Positions 24,507 through 35,354 of a stretch of DNA of 35,428 bases are shown in pieces. Position 1 is the stretch's first letter, and each line of letters opens with the position of its first letter. Location: NCBI RefSeq assembly GCF_018977255.1, contig NW_024705543.1:1-35428 (forward strand), in the 5' to 3' direction. Below the pieces are notes generated by a model, which made no database searches, was not told the origin of the DNA, and saw only the letters and a program-made list of their open reading frames with translations. The translations under genes were made by a program, and so were the position numbers. The stretch is from Callorhinchus milii (lineage: Eukaryota).

Positions 24507-25793
24507 CTTTGGTCAAATAGGACAAGTTTAGAGACGAGCGTCAGTATTTTCATTAAAAAAAACAATTAAACATTAATAATGTTTCAAAAAATGGCCATTC
24601 CATCCATACAAATGTCGTTTTTTTTCGATGAAATCATCCTCCGTTGAATGCACACTCAGCGAAACACCATTTCATCACATCATTTTCATGCAAGCTCGAT
24701 CTCTTCTTCGTTTCCTTTACTTTGTATTCGTTGCTGTAGGTGCAAACTGACACGGTGCAGTGTGCCCACAAATAGCGTTTCCGAGCCACCGCAGTTGATG
24801 ACATGTCCACTTTTGCTGAGTGGGCAGTCACAAACTCCCATCAACCATAATTTGTGTGTTCAGATGTGGAGAGTGGGACAGGTGGCACAGGCAATAGGGT
24901 TGTGTGTCGTACTGCATCGGTGCAGTGTGAGCTTTTATGGATGAGTGGTCACCACAACATTGTGATTGGGCATCTTACCATGCATTTGACGGTTTAAGAA
25001 CACACATGCTACCACATTTTAGCCTTCCCTGCACTGCATTGTACGTCAGACAAATGTACACTCAACTGAGTTCGGTTAACTCTCTCTCAGACTTGGCAAC
25101 ACCTGCTAGGTAAACTATTTAAGAACGAGTATACTGCACGCTATAATAACAAACGTTTGCAAGGCAAAATCAATATCAAGAAGTATCGTGGTCAGTTCTG
25201 CCGATGCTACCAAAACTCAACATCTGATCCTTTTGTCAGAGCAGAGCTGCTGCACAGTTGACAACCGAACCTCTTTATAGAGACAGATTACCCCCCCCCC
25301 ACCATCCCCCAAACAATCTAATAGTATCCACATTACCTGACGACAAACTTATCCTACATTCACTCGTCGATTTATTTCACTGACAGTCTGGCTCGATTGC
25401 AAGAATACTCTGTTAACTGGCCATTTTTTTTAGACCAAACTTCACAGCAGGCCATTGACATTCAAGAGCCACAAACCCAGACGAATGTTCTTTCCATAAT
25501 TACATTGCCCGCACTTCCGGTCAGCACGGTTGGCTAGGCACGGTGCGAAAGAAGTTCTACGTACATATATTTTAGGCTGCGTCATCGGCACGCAAATCTC
25601 CGTAAAATTAATTGCAACAAAAAGAAAGAGAGAAATGCACCGTTTCAGGCACTGCATTCTTCAGTTCCGAAGAAGCTCCCAGCACGTGGGAGCGAAACGA
25701 AAACGATGCACAACCCCGCTCAACAACACGTGGCACAAACCGAGCACGTCAACAACCGTTCAACGCGAGCGCCGCGTCCCGACCGCCGCTCAC

Positions 25794-26063
25794 CGGTGAC
25801 GAAGCTCTGGATCTGCTTGTCGCTCATCTGGGGGCCGCGAACGGAGTGCAGGGTGACGGTGTAATGCACGCCCGGGCGCAGGCCCTGCAGCGCGTGGTCC
25901 GTCACCGTGGGCTGCAGCGGCACCTCCGTCTTGCGAGCGCCTGGTCTGGTCGGGCCGTAGGTGAGCACGAGGCCGTCCACCAAGGCGGACGGAGAGGTCC
26001 AGGACAGCTGCGCCGTGGTGTCCTTCACGTCCTCCACCTTGAGATCCTTGGGGCTGTCGATCA
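25794..26063 (-). CDS. Second FN3 domain exon (resembles tenascin-C FN3-3)
   Basis: 270-nt phase 1-1 exon: LIDSPKDLKVEDVKDTTAQLSWTSPSALVDGLVLTYG…LQGLRPGVHYTVTLHSVRGPQMSDKQIQSFVT, with cccag| and G|gtgag splice sites. Confidence 0.93.
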
Positions 26064-26239
26064 CTGGGGGAGGAAGGGGGAAGTGGGGAGATGTATTTTA
26101 ACGCGTTGTTTTCACCACCCATGGGAATCTGCCTTAACTGGCCCAGCAGCAGCCTAGTTCTGTATCAGAAGCGGTATCCAGAACCTGCATCAATGTCCTT
26201 ACTCTTCATGAGCCATAGATGGGCTCAAGACTAAACTAA

Positions 26240-26362
26240 AATAGTTTTTTTACCAGGTAAAGCCGACTTAGCTATGTCGCTCTTTTTTCACAAGCGACCT
26301 GGCCACAAATTGAAGCTCTACAAAGTGGCTTTTCACGTGGACATTTCTAGCAACCAAATATT
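26240..26362 (-). repeat. 3' tail of the same SINE family, opposite orientation
   Basis: The reverse complement contains tatttggttgctagaaatgtccacgtg…tttgtggccaggtcgcttgtgaaaaaagagcgacatagct…tttacctggtaaaaaa. Confidence 0.75.
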
Positions 26363-26609
26363 TTAAATAATCTGTAACTCATGTTTGTTCGGCACGACGT
26401 CCCACGTGTCGATCCAACGTGCTCGGGGAGCTTGCGGCAACGAAAACAACTTCCTGAAAAATCCTGGGTCTGAACCTGCGTTTTTCGGCCACCGCCCACT
26501 AAAAAAAAAAATCCCAGCCCATGGGAACAAAACATGGGGCATCCGCGTCTTACAACACGCGGCGCAAACGTGAAAGCACAACAAGAGCAAAACCTCCAGG
26601 TGCGCTTAC

Positions 26610-26760
26610 AGGTGCTGAAGAAAGACGTGGTGGGTTGACTCTTCTTGTTGTCCTTGATGGCCACCAGGGAGACGTCGTACTTGACGCCAGGTTCCAGACC
26701 AGTCTGCGTGTGGCTCGTCTCGGTGCTGCTCAGCGTCGACAGAAGTCCGTCTGGGGTGTC
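26610..26760 (-). CDS. First FN3 domain, second exon
   Basis: Acceptor gatttcag|, DTPDGLLSTLSSTETSHTQTGLEPGVKYDVSLVAIKDNKKSQPTTSFFST, donor T|gtaag. The phase 0 start matches the preceding half-exon. Confidence 0.92.
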
Positions 26761-27636
26761 CTGAAATCACCATTAGGAGTGTGTCGCTAAGCTAGCAACG
26801 CGACGGGGGAAACGTGCGCGTTCAGCCGTGACGCGCCACGGCAATGCGTGATGAGTTGTGTGTGCGATATATATTTGTTTGAGTTAAAAACGGTCCCATG
26901 GTTGAGATGGAGTAGTCCCCGCTCCTGAACCTCATTTTGATCCTCTCTGAAAGCCTCACCGCCTCTTCTTCATCACCCATTCCCTCTTCCCTCCCTTTGC
27001 CCCTCCACTTCTTCTCCTCCCTCCCCTGTAGCCCTTCCGTGACCCCCAAGTAACCCTCTATTGGGGTCACTCATTCCTCAGCCCTTGCACACAACCTGCC
27101 ACCTAAATCACTCCGTTATGTTACCGCTTCTTAAAAAAAAACTACTGTATATTAAAAAGCTTATGCCAAGGGCGCTCTTTAAATAGGAAATAAGATAAGA
27201 GTACCATTGCCAAGAACATTTGGTATCCTGCAGCATGTGTTTCGCAAGCCTGACTCTGCTGATGAGGCAAATAAGATGGAAACCGCTCCAGAGTTCACTC
27301 GCTAAAACAATATTGGTCGCGAAAGCCAATCGGCCGTTAGACTAAATCTTTATTTTACTTGTAAGTTTTATACACGTGATGGAATTCTCCTTGTAAGTGC
27401 TTTTCCGAATGAGCTATCATTGCAATGGTTGGCACAGTAGCCAACTGGACAGACAAATGGGCTTAAGAGGGTGGTGATTACAAAGTAACTGGTGGAAAGC
27501 CCGACGAAATCCGTTGATTCCCCCTGCTTCCACACACACACGCAGTTGCTCCACAGCAGCGCGTTAAGATTTTAAGACATCGCAGCAGTGCTGCGCGGTG
27601 GCCCACTCTACTCCAGTGACCCGGGTGCTGCTGCGG

Positions 27637-28026
27637 CAGAGGTCGCAAACGGGTTTTGATTCCTTACCCGTACCCGTACCCGGCCGCACCAGGGTCGCAA
27701 TCGGGTACCCGTACCGTACCCTACCCGATACCCGGCTACCCGTACCCGGCCGGGTATCGGGTAGGGTACGGGTACCCGATTGCGACCTCTGGGATGAAGC
27801 CATGTTGCAGGCGCGGGTGGGTTGATTCTAGGAACTTGAATTGTGAGAAGAGACAAGACGTTGGGAAATGAGTGACAAACGGTACTCACCAGTGACTCAC
27901 GGCCTACCCGTACCCTACCCGGCCGCACCAGGGTCGCAAACGGGTACCTGTACCCGTACCCGGCCGTGTACGGGTAGCCGGGTATCGGGTAGGGTACGGG
28001 TATCGGGTACCTGATTGCGACCTCTG
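27637..28026. mobile_element. Non-autonomous hAT-type MITE with nested TIR copies
   Basis: TIR CAGAGGTCGCAA…TTGCGACCTCTG. Perfect 8-bp TSD TGCTGCGG at 27629-27636 and 28027-28034. Internal (TACCCG)n/(CGGGTA)n palindromes. Confidence 0.85.
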
Positions 28027-28034
28027 TGCTGCGG

Positions 28035-28245
28035 AGTCCACTTTCTGCCCCGCCTCTTCCCCCCTTCTCTCTCCTCCCCTGCAGCCGAGGCCTATATAAC
28101 CTCGTGCCACGGCAAGTCTCTCGCCTACTTCAGCAGTTGTTTCTTGCTGTGGTTGTCCCACCTGATGACGATTGCTTGTGTTGCGATCGAAACGTCGTGA
28201 TCTATTATTTTTCTACCTACGTGACTTTACCGAAAGAACCAAAGA
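28035..28245 (+). mobile_element. Solo Penelope-like pseudo-LTR fragment
   Basis: Similar to the reverse complement of 18240-18470. It contains ctatataa, the hammerhead and the acgtgactttaccgaaagaacc tail. Confidence 0.75.
28159..28199 (+). ncRNA. Minimal type I hammerhead ribozyme (solo Penelope pLTR)
   Basis: CAC-CTGATGA-C-GATTGC-ttgtgtt-GCGATC-GAAACGTC-GTG. Confidence 0.8.
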
Positions 28246-28273
28246 GTATTTTAGGACATCATTATCCGACTAG

Positions 28274-28610
28274 GCCGGTGACCAAATCACCCAGAATGCA
28301 CTTGACCTCGTGACATCTGAGAAGCTAAGCAGAGTTTGAGCCTGGGCAGGGTGTTGCGACGGGCGACCACCAGGTACACCGGGCGGTTTTCGAAGCGCGC
28401 CTGTAATCCAGCACTGTGGAGGCTGAGGTTTGGTGGACCGGATAAAGGTTGCGAAACTTCCTCCCCGAGGTCATCGAGGAGGTGCCATACCCTGGCTCTG
28501 CCGCTCAGCAAGTGCGGACTAATATCACCTGTCCCTTTTGTTTGGGATAGAGTGTTTGCCCCCTTGCATGCATAGGTTTTCTCAAGGCGCTCCCTGGTTT
28601 CCTTCCACAT
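28274..28610 (+). mobile_element. SINE-like element with a 5S rRNA-derived head fused to a 7SL Alu-domain-like segment
   Basis: 28274-28385 is colinear with 5S rRNA (…GAAGCTAAGCAG…GCCTGG…GACC…ACCGGG). 28378-28440 CCGGGCG…GCGCGCCTGTAATCCAGCACTGTGGAGGCTGAGG matches the 7SL 5' end. ~28570-28610 resembles a V-SINE core. The 3' end is not defined. Confidence 0.7.
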
Positions 28611-29094
28611 GTAATCAATTTGTAGAGAACTGCAGTGCAATTGTAGGTAGCAAGCCTTCCAGCTCGCGTCTGTGGTTCCTCAGCGATTCTGAGATGCAAT
28701 TTGCATGAACGACGCATCCTTTTTTTAATGGCGCATCCCTCTACTAATTCCTGTCCTCGTCCTTAAACCTTAACCATTCTCCCCCTTCATAACCTCGCCC
28801 CTCCCTTATCCTACTATAACCCTTCCTTGTCATCCCCTCCCCTCGCCAGCACTCAAATCCCATCCCTTTTCCCCATCAGCCAATGCTAATGTACCATTTT
28901 TTATTCTCGTAAAGCGTTTTGACAAAAGCACTCTATACAATGCTAGATAAGACAACAGGAATCAGATGTTGTTTTCAGTTTAAGCATATTCACACAGTTG
29001 GAGTCGGCTGCTGCGGTGCTATGTTGTCCACAGAGACCTGTGCAGCCGAATCAATTGTTGTATTGTATTGTGTGCTCCGATGTCTATGCTTCCT

Positions 29095-29217
29095 GCCTTC
29101 AGAAACCCCCTCACTGACCAGCCTGGTGAATCATGGTCGAGTAACATCTTGGGCCCACAACGGTATGGGGAGGCTCTCATCCAGCAGTGGATTGACAATA
29201 GCTGATGATAATAATCG
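29095..29217 (+). mobile_element. 3' tail fragment of the same SINE/LINE family as 34535-34635
   Basis: Shared gccttca…aacccc…cactga…catggtc…tcatccagcagtggattgacaa, ending in gctgatgataataat. Confidence 0.6.
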
Positions 29218-29536
29218 TGAGTAAAGGATAATCCACTGATAGATACCCACTAAAGTACGTAGGCAAGCGTGCTAAATCGTCGGTGTGCGTGGGTTGCACT
29301 GCTTGTTGTTCGGCAAGCTCCTTTCGCTCCGCGTGCTGGGCAGCTTCTGCGGTTCCTGAAGATGCCTCCGGCACGCGTGGTGAAACGTCGGACGTCGTGC
29401 CCAACGAGCACGCCGACGCAAACGACAACACAACAGAGGGCTTGTGTATACAGCACGCAGCCACGACACCAACGCAGCACGTCCTGAGGCAACCTTTGTC
29501 AGCCGAAACGGCACCCGTACTCGCCGTTCGACTCAC

Positions 29537-29578
29537 CTCGGACGTGAACGTGATCTCCCAGCTCTCGACGGGGAAGGG
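29537..29578 (-). CDS. First FN3 domain, 3' part of the same exon (orphaned by the inversion)
   Basis: Reverse complement CCC TTC CCC GTC GAG AGC TGG GAG ATC ACG TTC ACG TCC GAG|gtgagt = PFPVESWEITFTSE plus a consensus donor. It continues 35355-35428 in frame. Confidence 0.88.
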
Positions 29579-31376
29579 ACAAACTATTCGAAGCGCCTAG
29601 AAGTGAAAGCAGTAACTTTGCACGTGCATGCCACGTGGGATCTCGCAATGCGGTGGTTGGTTTTCCAGCACGTGTGTGTGCGCGCCGTGTGCTCGCTCAC
29701 AGCAGTTGCCCGAACAGTCTGTGAAGGTCATATGGGGGATCTTTGTTTCGTGCGTGCGTGGGAACTGTGGATAAAATACGTACAGATGTACAACTCAAAG
29801 AGAGCGTTCCACCCCGTATTGTTCATTTCAGCAGTAGTACATTTTAAGCGGAGTGTGTACACTCCGTGTGATTTCTCAGCTCTCGCGCTGAATGTCATAA
29901 CGTGGTGGGAACGTGGCATAAGAGCAAACATCATTCTGTATTTGTGTTGGAGACACAAATGCGTCTGTTGTATTTATCGTGGCACCTGAAATGCTGGCAT
30001 CTGAGATCGCGCGAATACTTTTTTTCCCAGTTATATTCCATTTGTGCGTTTGCCGTTATTGCATGAGACATCGTGTCCCATTTGAAACTCTCGCTGAGCG
30101 ACACACCACCCTGTACGTCTCGCACCACGGACCACATGGTAACACCAACTACAGCAGCCCGCTTCGATAAGTCACTGTCAACCAGGCCGTCCACTGGCTC
30201 ACTCACTCGCCTCGACATGAATGTATCAACGCCACTCACTGCGACAGAAGAACCCTGAGTGTTAGGGAATGGTCATCCGAAGCAGAGGCCACCACATCTG
30301 AGATCTCTTCATGAGAGATTTGCTATCCATCTTCCCGCACTCCCGACTCTCGAGCAAATTGTCACATGGCAGTCAAGACAATTTATATTAGTTTCATCTC
30401 AGAGCTGAATTTAACGTGATGGTCATTGGTGAGTGGGCTAAGATGATCAACTCACAACACTTCAAAACCCAGTTTATTCATGGATGGCCGAAGGCTGGAA
30501 TTGGTCCTAAGCTTCTTAGTAGTGGCGGCTTGAGGACTGGTCCCAGAGGCACCAGTATACCTCATGTTAAAACATTTTATAATATGCTGGTGTTATTTTG
30601 TTGTTGTCATAGCTTAGCCCTGAAATGTGACAGCATTGGAATCACGTGTTTTTTTATTATTGGATTGTTACAAAGTTATTGAGAATGTGGGGAAACTCAG
30701 GAATGTATCTGCGACAAGTGTCTCACTCGCATTTGTGTGTGGCAAGTAAAAAAAAATCTGTACACTGCCATATTTTCAAATCCAATTTAATATCATTTGA
30801 ATATACAGACATTTGTTTTCCAGAGGATGCTGGTTTGGCCTCCCAGCACAGCAGTAATGGTACCACTTTTTAAATCCCCCACACTCTATTCACCGAGCAG
30901 TAAAAATATGTGCACCCCAGTTTGTCTATTGGCAGATTACGTGTGGTGGGGTAAAGTGCGGGTAGTCCCACCAATTCCAAGGCGTATGACCAGTATGGAA
31001 AGCTAAATACCTTCGAGATAATCTCTCTAGAGCTCCCGCTGGTGGAACGCCCTATTTCCAGCAGCGCTCAGAGCAAGCAATTGCAGGGCTGCACTTTCCC
31101 CATCATTTTCGAGATTTCGAAAAATCTAGAAAAGTGGCTCGGCTAGAGGGCACCTCGAACCTTTTTTGTGGGCTAAACGCAAGAGCGGCATTCATAGTAA
31201 TTTTGCTGATGTCATTTCATTCGCAGGCTCGGTACGATTCTTCTTCATTCCGACACATCAGATAAGAAGAACCGCACGAGACTCCAGTGCAACTCCTTGC
31301 CAGCTTACCGTCACCACCGCACCTCCTCACCCGCCCCCCCTCCATGCGCCGTCGAGCGACCAGCTCGGCCGGCGCC

Positions 31377-31943
31377 ATGGCCCTCCTTCCAAAGACTCCA
31401 TCGCCGCTGGCCGCCATCGTTTTGCTGGCACTTGCAGCCAGCGCGTCGGCCGCCAGCCTGACGGTGGAGACGCACCGGCACGAGCCGGGCAGCGTCGGCG
31501 CCGCCCCACACGACTTGCCGCACCGCAACCAGACGTTGGGCAGCGGCTCGGACGAGCAGCAGCTGCAGCCCATCGTCTTCCACCACGTGTACAACATCAA
31601 TGTCCCGCCGGGATCGCTGTGTGCTGTCGACCTGGACGCTGGCCCCCCCGACGGCGCCGGCTTCGACTCCAGGTCTGTGGTCGGCAGCGGTAGCGGCGAC
31701 GGCGACATCGGCGGCGGCGAGTCAGACCTGGGCACCTTCACGCAGAAGACGCACGAGACGGGCGGCCAGGTGGTGTTCACGCACCGCATCAGCATCCCCA
31801 AGCGGGCGTGCGGGTGCAGCACGGAGGGGCTTCCGACCTGCGGGAGCTCGTGCGGCGCGTGGAGCTCATGGAGCAGGAGATCTCGTCGCTGCGCCAGCAG
31901 TGCTCCTCTGCCGCGTGCTGCGGAGCAGCGCCCGGAGCCGTAG
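31377..31943 (+). CDS. Tenascin-family first coding exon: signal peptide + tenascin-assembly (heptad/Cys) domain; one frameshift near 31830
   Basis: Kozak GCGCCATGG at 31377 and acceptor ttgccag ending at 31303. Signal peptide MALLPKTPSPLAAIVLLALAASASA. Tenascin motifs PIVFHHVYNINVP and QVVFTHRISIPKRACGC, then after a 1-nt shift DLRELVRRVELMEQEISSLRQQCSSAACC. Phase-1 donor G|gtccgt after 31943. Confidence 0.93.
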   Translation: MALLPKTPSPLAAIVLLALAASASAASLTVETHRHEPGSVGAAPHDLPHRNQTLGSGSDEQQLQPIVFHHVYNINVPPGSLCAVDLDAGPPDGAGFDSRSVVGSGSGDGDIGGGESDLGTFTQKTHETGGQVVFTHRISIPKRACGCSTEGLPTCGSSCGAWSSWSRRSRRCASSAPLPRAAEQRPEP

Positions 31944-31999
31944 GTCCGTCATGCGTTGTCCAATTCCAATGGGGCAGATCAACAATACAGTTAAAATCT

Positions 32000-32285
32000 C
32001 GCGGTGGCGAGATGTTAACTACCCCGCCTGGTATACACGAGGTCGCGGTTCGATCTTGACCCTCACGCCTGTATACATGGAGTTTGCACGTCTCTCTCTC
32101 CGTGGTCGCATGCATTTTTTCTCTGGGTGCTCCGGTTTTTCAAATCAATATGCCTGTGGAGTATTTGGCTGCTATAAATTTCCACATGCGACAAGGCCGC
32201 TTCATTGAGCTATCATTTGTGGCCAGGTCGCTTATGAAAAAGAGCGACATAGCTCAGCGAGCCTTACCTGGAAAAATAAAAAATA
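32000..32285 (+). mobile_element. tRNA-derived V-SINE-like element
   Basis: A-box-like tggcgagatgtt and B-box ggttcgatc. V-domain-like tggagtttgcacgtctctctccgtg…ctctgggtgctccggttt. Tail ccttacctggaaaaataaaaaata. Confidence 0.7.
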
Positions 32286-33088
32286 GGTTGAGTTTATAGT
32301 TTTAAAAGTTAAATTAGACGACCTCCCCCCACCACCGCTACCCGACTCCATGGACTGCCCTGGGATTCGTTGTCACCATGTGCCTGGCATCATCGCCCCC
32401 CCCCCCCATCCTATTTCACCTTCACGAAAAAGTTATTAAAGTAACCAGAGAAATGTTCGCCAAAACACATTCATGTAAATTTGAAACCGCAGGGCTGGAA
32501 TGTGGTTTAAAGCCTGTGAAAAGGTAAAAAACCTTACAAACATATACTCCTTCGGCAAAGGGTGATTCTACATTTTGTTGCCTTCATAATTAGCATTGTC
32601 TAGAGCGTGACGAAACAATCTAATGCATATTCGTAATTTTTGTAAACTAGTAGTTTTTTTTACTTTTTTGGCCTGTTTTTCAACATTAGCGCCACGTAGT
32701 TTCCACCTGAAATTGTTGGCTACTTAGCCAATGAATACCACACTCAAGTAATGTTCATAGAGTTTTAGGTTTTAAAATGTCTGCACGAAACCTTTGACCA
32801 AATGTTTGTGATTTCAGTTACTCATGAAAGGGATAATTGCGTGACATTTTGCCTTTTTCCTGCAAATATATATCACAAGTTCCATGACCCTTTTCCACAG
32901 TGAGCAGCAGAAGGTCATTTTACCAAAACATTCGCCAACTTCCGTATATTTTTTAACTGTTATAAAACAGCGTCCATTGCAACGGCGACGAGTTGCATAG
33001 TTTGCTTCTACACCAACCCCTACGCCAGTCTCCGACTCTCCGTTCACTTGACCCAACATCCACCGGCGGCGCCCACCCTCTTTCGCAG

Positions 33089-33751
33089 GTGGCACAGACA
33101 TCGCGTCGCCCTGCAACGGGCACGGCACCTTCAGCACCGATTCGTGCGGCTGCGTCTGCGACAAGGGCTGGACGGGCAAGACGTGCTCCCAGCCGGCGTG
33201 CCCCAGCGACTGCGGCGGGCGCGGCACCTGCGTGGACGGCGTCTGCGACTGCGAGGAGGGCTTCGGCGGTCCCGACTGCGGGCAGGCCACCTGCCTCAAC
33301 GACTGCAGCAACCGCGGCGTGTGCGTCAACGGCGTCTGCGTCTGCGAGCGGGGTTCGTGGGCGCCGACTGCTCCCAGCCGGGCTGCCCCAACGACTGCAA
33401 CGGCAGGGGCCGCTGCGTCGACGGCAAGTGCTTGTGCGCCGGGGCTTTCGGGAGAGGACTGCCGCGAGTCGCGGTGCCCCAACAACTGCAACAACCGCGG
33501 CCGCTGCGTCAACGGACGGTGCGTCTGCCAGAGGGGCTATGGCGGCGAGGACTGCGGCGAGGGGGGAGCGTGTGCCAACGACTGCAGCGACCACGGGAAG
33601 TGCGTGGCCGGGAGGTGCGTGTGCGAGCCGGGGTTCACCGGCCCCGAGTGCAGCGTGCTCAGCTGCCCCAACGACTGCAACGGGCACGGCTTCTGCGACA
33701 ACGGCATCTGCGTCTGCGACAAAGGCTTCGTCGGGGAGGACTGCAGCACGC
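33089..33751 (+). CDS. Tenascin EGF-like repeat exon (6.5 repeats); two compensating frameshifts near 33350 and 33440
   Basis: Acceptor tttcgcag| and donor C|gtgag. Half repeat [26 protein letters not shown], then six tenascin-type repeats of the form CPxDCxxRGxCVxGxCxCxxGFxGxDC, read across the ORFs 33232..33882 and 33048..33755. Confidence 0.95.
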
Positions 33752-34361
33752 GTGAGCTCGCGAGACTGCCCCCCCCCCCACCCCCGCTTTTGTGTTTGTG
33801 CATCGGCGTTTGCGTTGCCGTGCCGTTGAGATGGGGTCCCCCCCCCAACCACTGTTTTGGGTGTCATGGTGCACGTTGTTAATTGTGCTGTAGAGATGAA
33901 GTTGAGAAATATTCGATGTGCCACTTGGTACCTCTGCGCACTAGCAATGAGTTCTAACTGCTGAGATCCTGGGTTTGACATGGGTCTCATCCACCCGTGT
34001 AGCGAGTTGTTATTTTAATAAAAAAAATGACAGTTTTACTGCCGTGAGACAAATATTTATCCTGCAAGGCACGTGGGAAAGTACAGCATCTCTCTTGTAG
34101 ATGAAAGTGGTCACTTGAGGGAATCTCAGAAATAGTTCTATAACATCTCCTTATATGGGCCGTTCTCCGTCACGTGACAATGCAGTGCTTAGCGAGAGTT
34201 CCACATGGATTATTTGTCTTTTAAGACTTTTTGTCATTCAGTTATGGTGCTAACGCATTGTCAGTATTGCTACTCGATTCTCACAACTGTAATGACTTCC
34301 TGTAAATACTGTGATATGAGCAACATATTAGTTGATACTACGTAATATATATTACATACCC

Positions 34362-34640
34362 TCTGGTGAATAGCCTACATTGCACGTGATCTCGTTAGGT
34401 CTCAGAATCTTAGCAGGTTTCGCGCCTGGTCAGTGCATGGATGGGCGTCCACCATGCATATGGCAGTGGGGCTATTGGTTGGGAGTAGAATCCATTGTTG
34501 TACTATACTTCTTAGGCTTCCGCATCTAGGCTCTCAGCCTTCACCAACCCCCACTGATCGGCGTCATGAAGCATGGTCAAACAAACCCTCGTGATGCAAA
34601 GAAGGCCCTCATCCAGCAGTGGATTGACAAAAGGCTCTAC
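34362..34640 (+). mobile_element. 5S rRNA-derived SINE (SINE3-like), degenerate
   Basis: gatctcgttaggtctcagaatcttagcaggtttcgcgcctggtcagtgcatggatggg aligns to 5S GATCTCGTCTGATCTCGGAAGCTAAGCAGGGTCGGGCCTGGTTAGTACTTGGATGGG. The tail tcatccagcagtggattgacaa is shared with ~29177-29199. Confidence 0.72.
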
Positions 34641-35354
34641 GTATACACAGTACATGTAATAAAGTAAAATATCACATGAACGTAACGCTGCATGATTAAT
34701 ATATATTTTTATAAGTATGCATAGCCTACAACCTAAAGAAATGTGCAAGTTTTTTTTAATAATTTACAACCGATTAACAATTCATGCCATGTCAGTTACA
34801 TGGGTTGTTTGACTATACTTCACCATGATAGTCAAAGCACAGTGGTGAACAGTTCAGATATCACATGCCACTGATGCTAGCCGTGGCTGAGCATCGAACT
34901 TGCCTTGCGGGTTTCATGGCGCAGAATGCCAACCGCTGCACCACCGCTCCACCCCATGCGACCATATTATTACCAACGTTCATTTACCAAGAAAATCCTC
35001 ACCGAATTTTCAAGGCTCCTCTTTCAGAGAAGGTCCCTGCTAAGTTTCACATTCGGGAGCAACGACCGCTACGTATGTTACTCTGTTCTGAGTACTTCAC
35101 CGCCGGTTTCACAAAAAGTGGACCGAGACGCTGCTGGCACGCAGTGGCCTTTTTTTCCTTTTTCAACAATAGTCACGCAGACGGCGCGCATATTTTTTTT
35201 ACGATTCAGTACGCCCGCAGTATTAACCAGGGTCGGCCAAGTGGCTCAGACCGCGGAGTTCCGCAACGAGAGACACATCGCACGACCGCCCCCCCCCCCC
35301 CCCCACTGACCTTGTGGAGATTAAATGTGAGCGTTTGTGTCTTTCCGTTTTCAG

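Noticed and set aside
27564..28161. ORFs rich in PVP/GTGT/YPYP
   Set aside because: Translations of the MITE hexamer repeats.
28274..28385. Functional 5S rRNA gene (also 34362-34455)
   Set aside because: Too diverged from the highly conserved 5S sequence and embedded in SINE-like context.
31377..33751. Assigning TNC, TNR, TNN or TNXB as gene symbol
   Set aside because: The architecture matches none exactly and the fibrinogen domain is absent. A phylogeny is needed.
32814..33990. Long minus-strand and alternative-frame ORFs (232, 345, 278 aa)
   Set aside because: Shadows of the GC-rich EGF exon.
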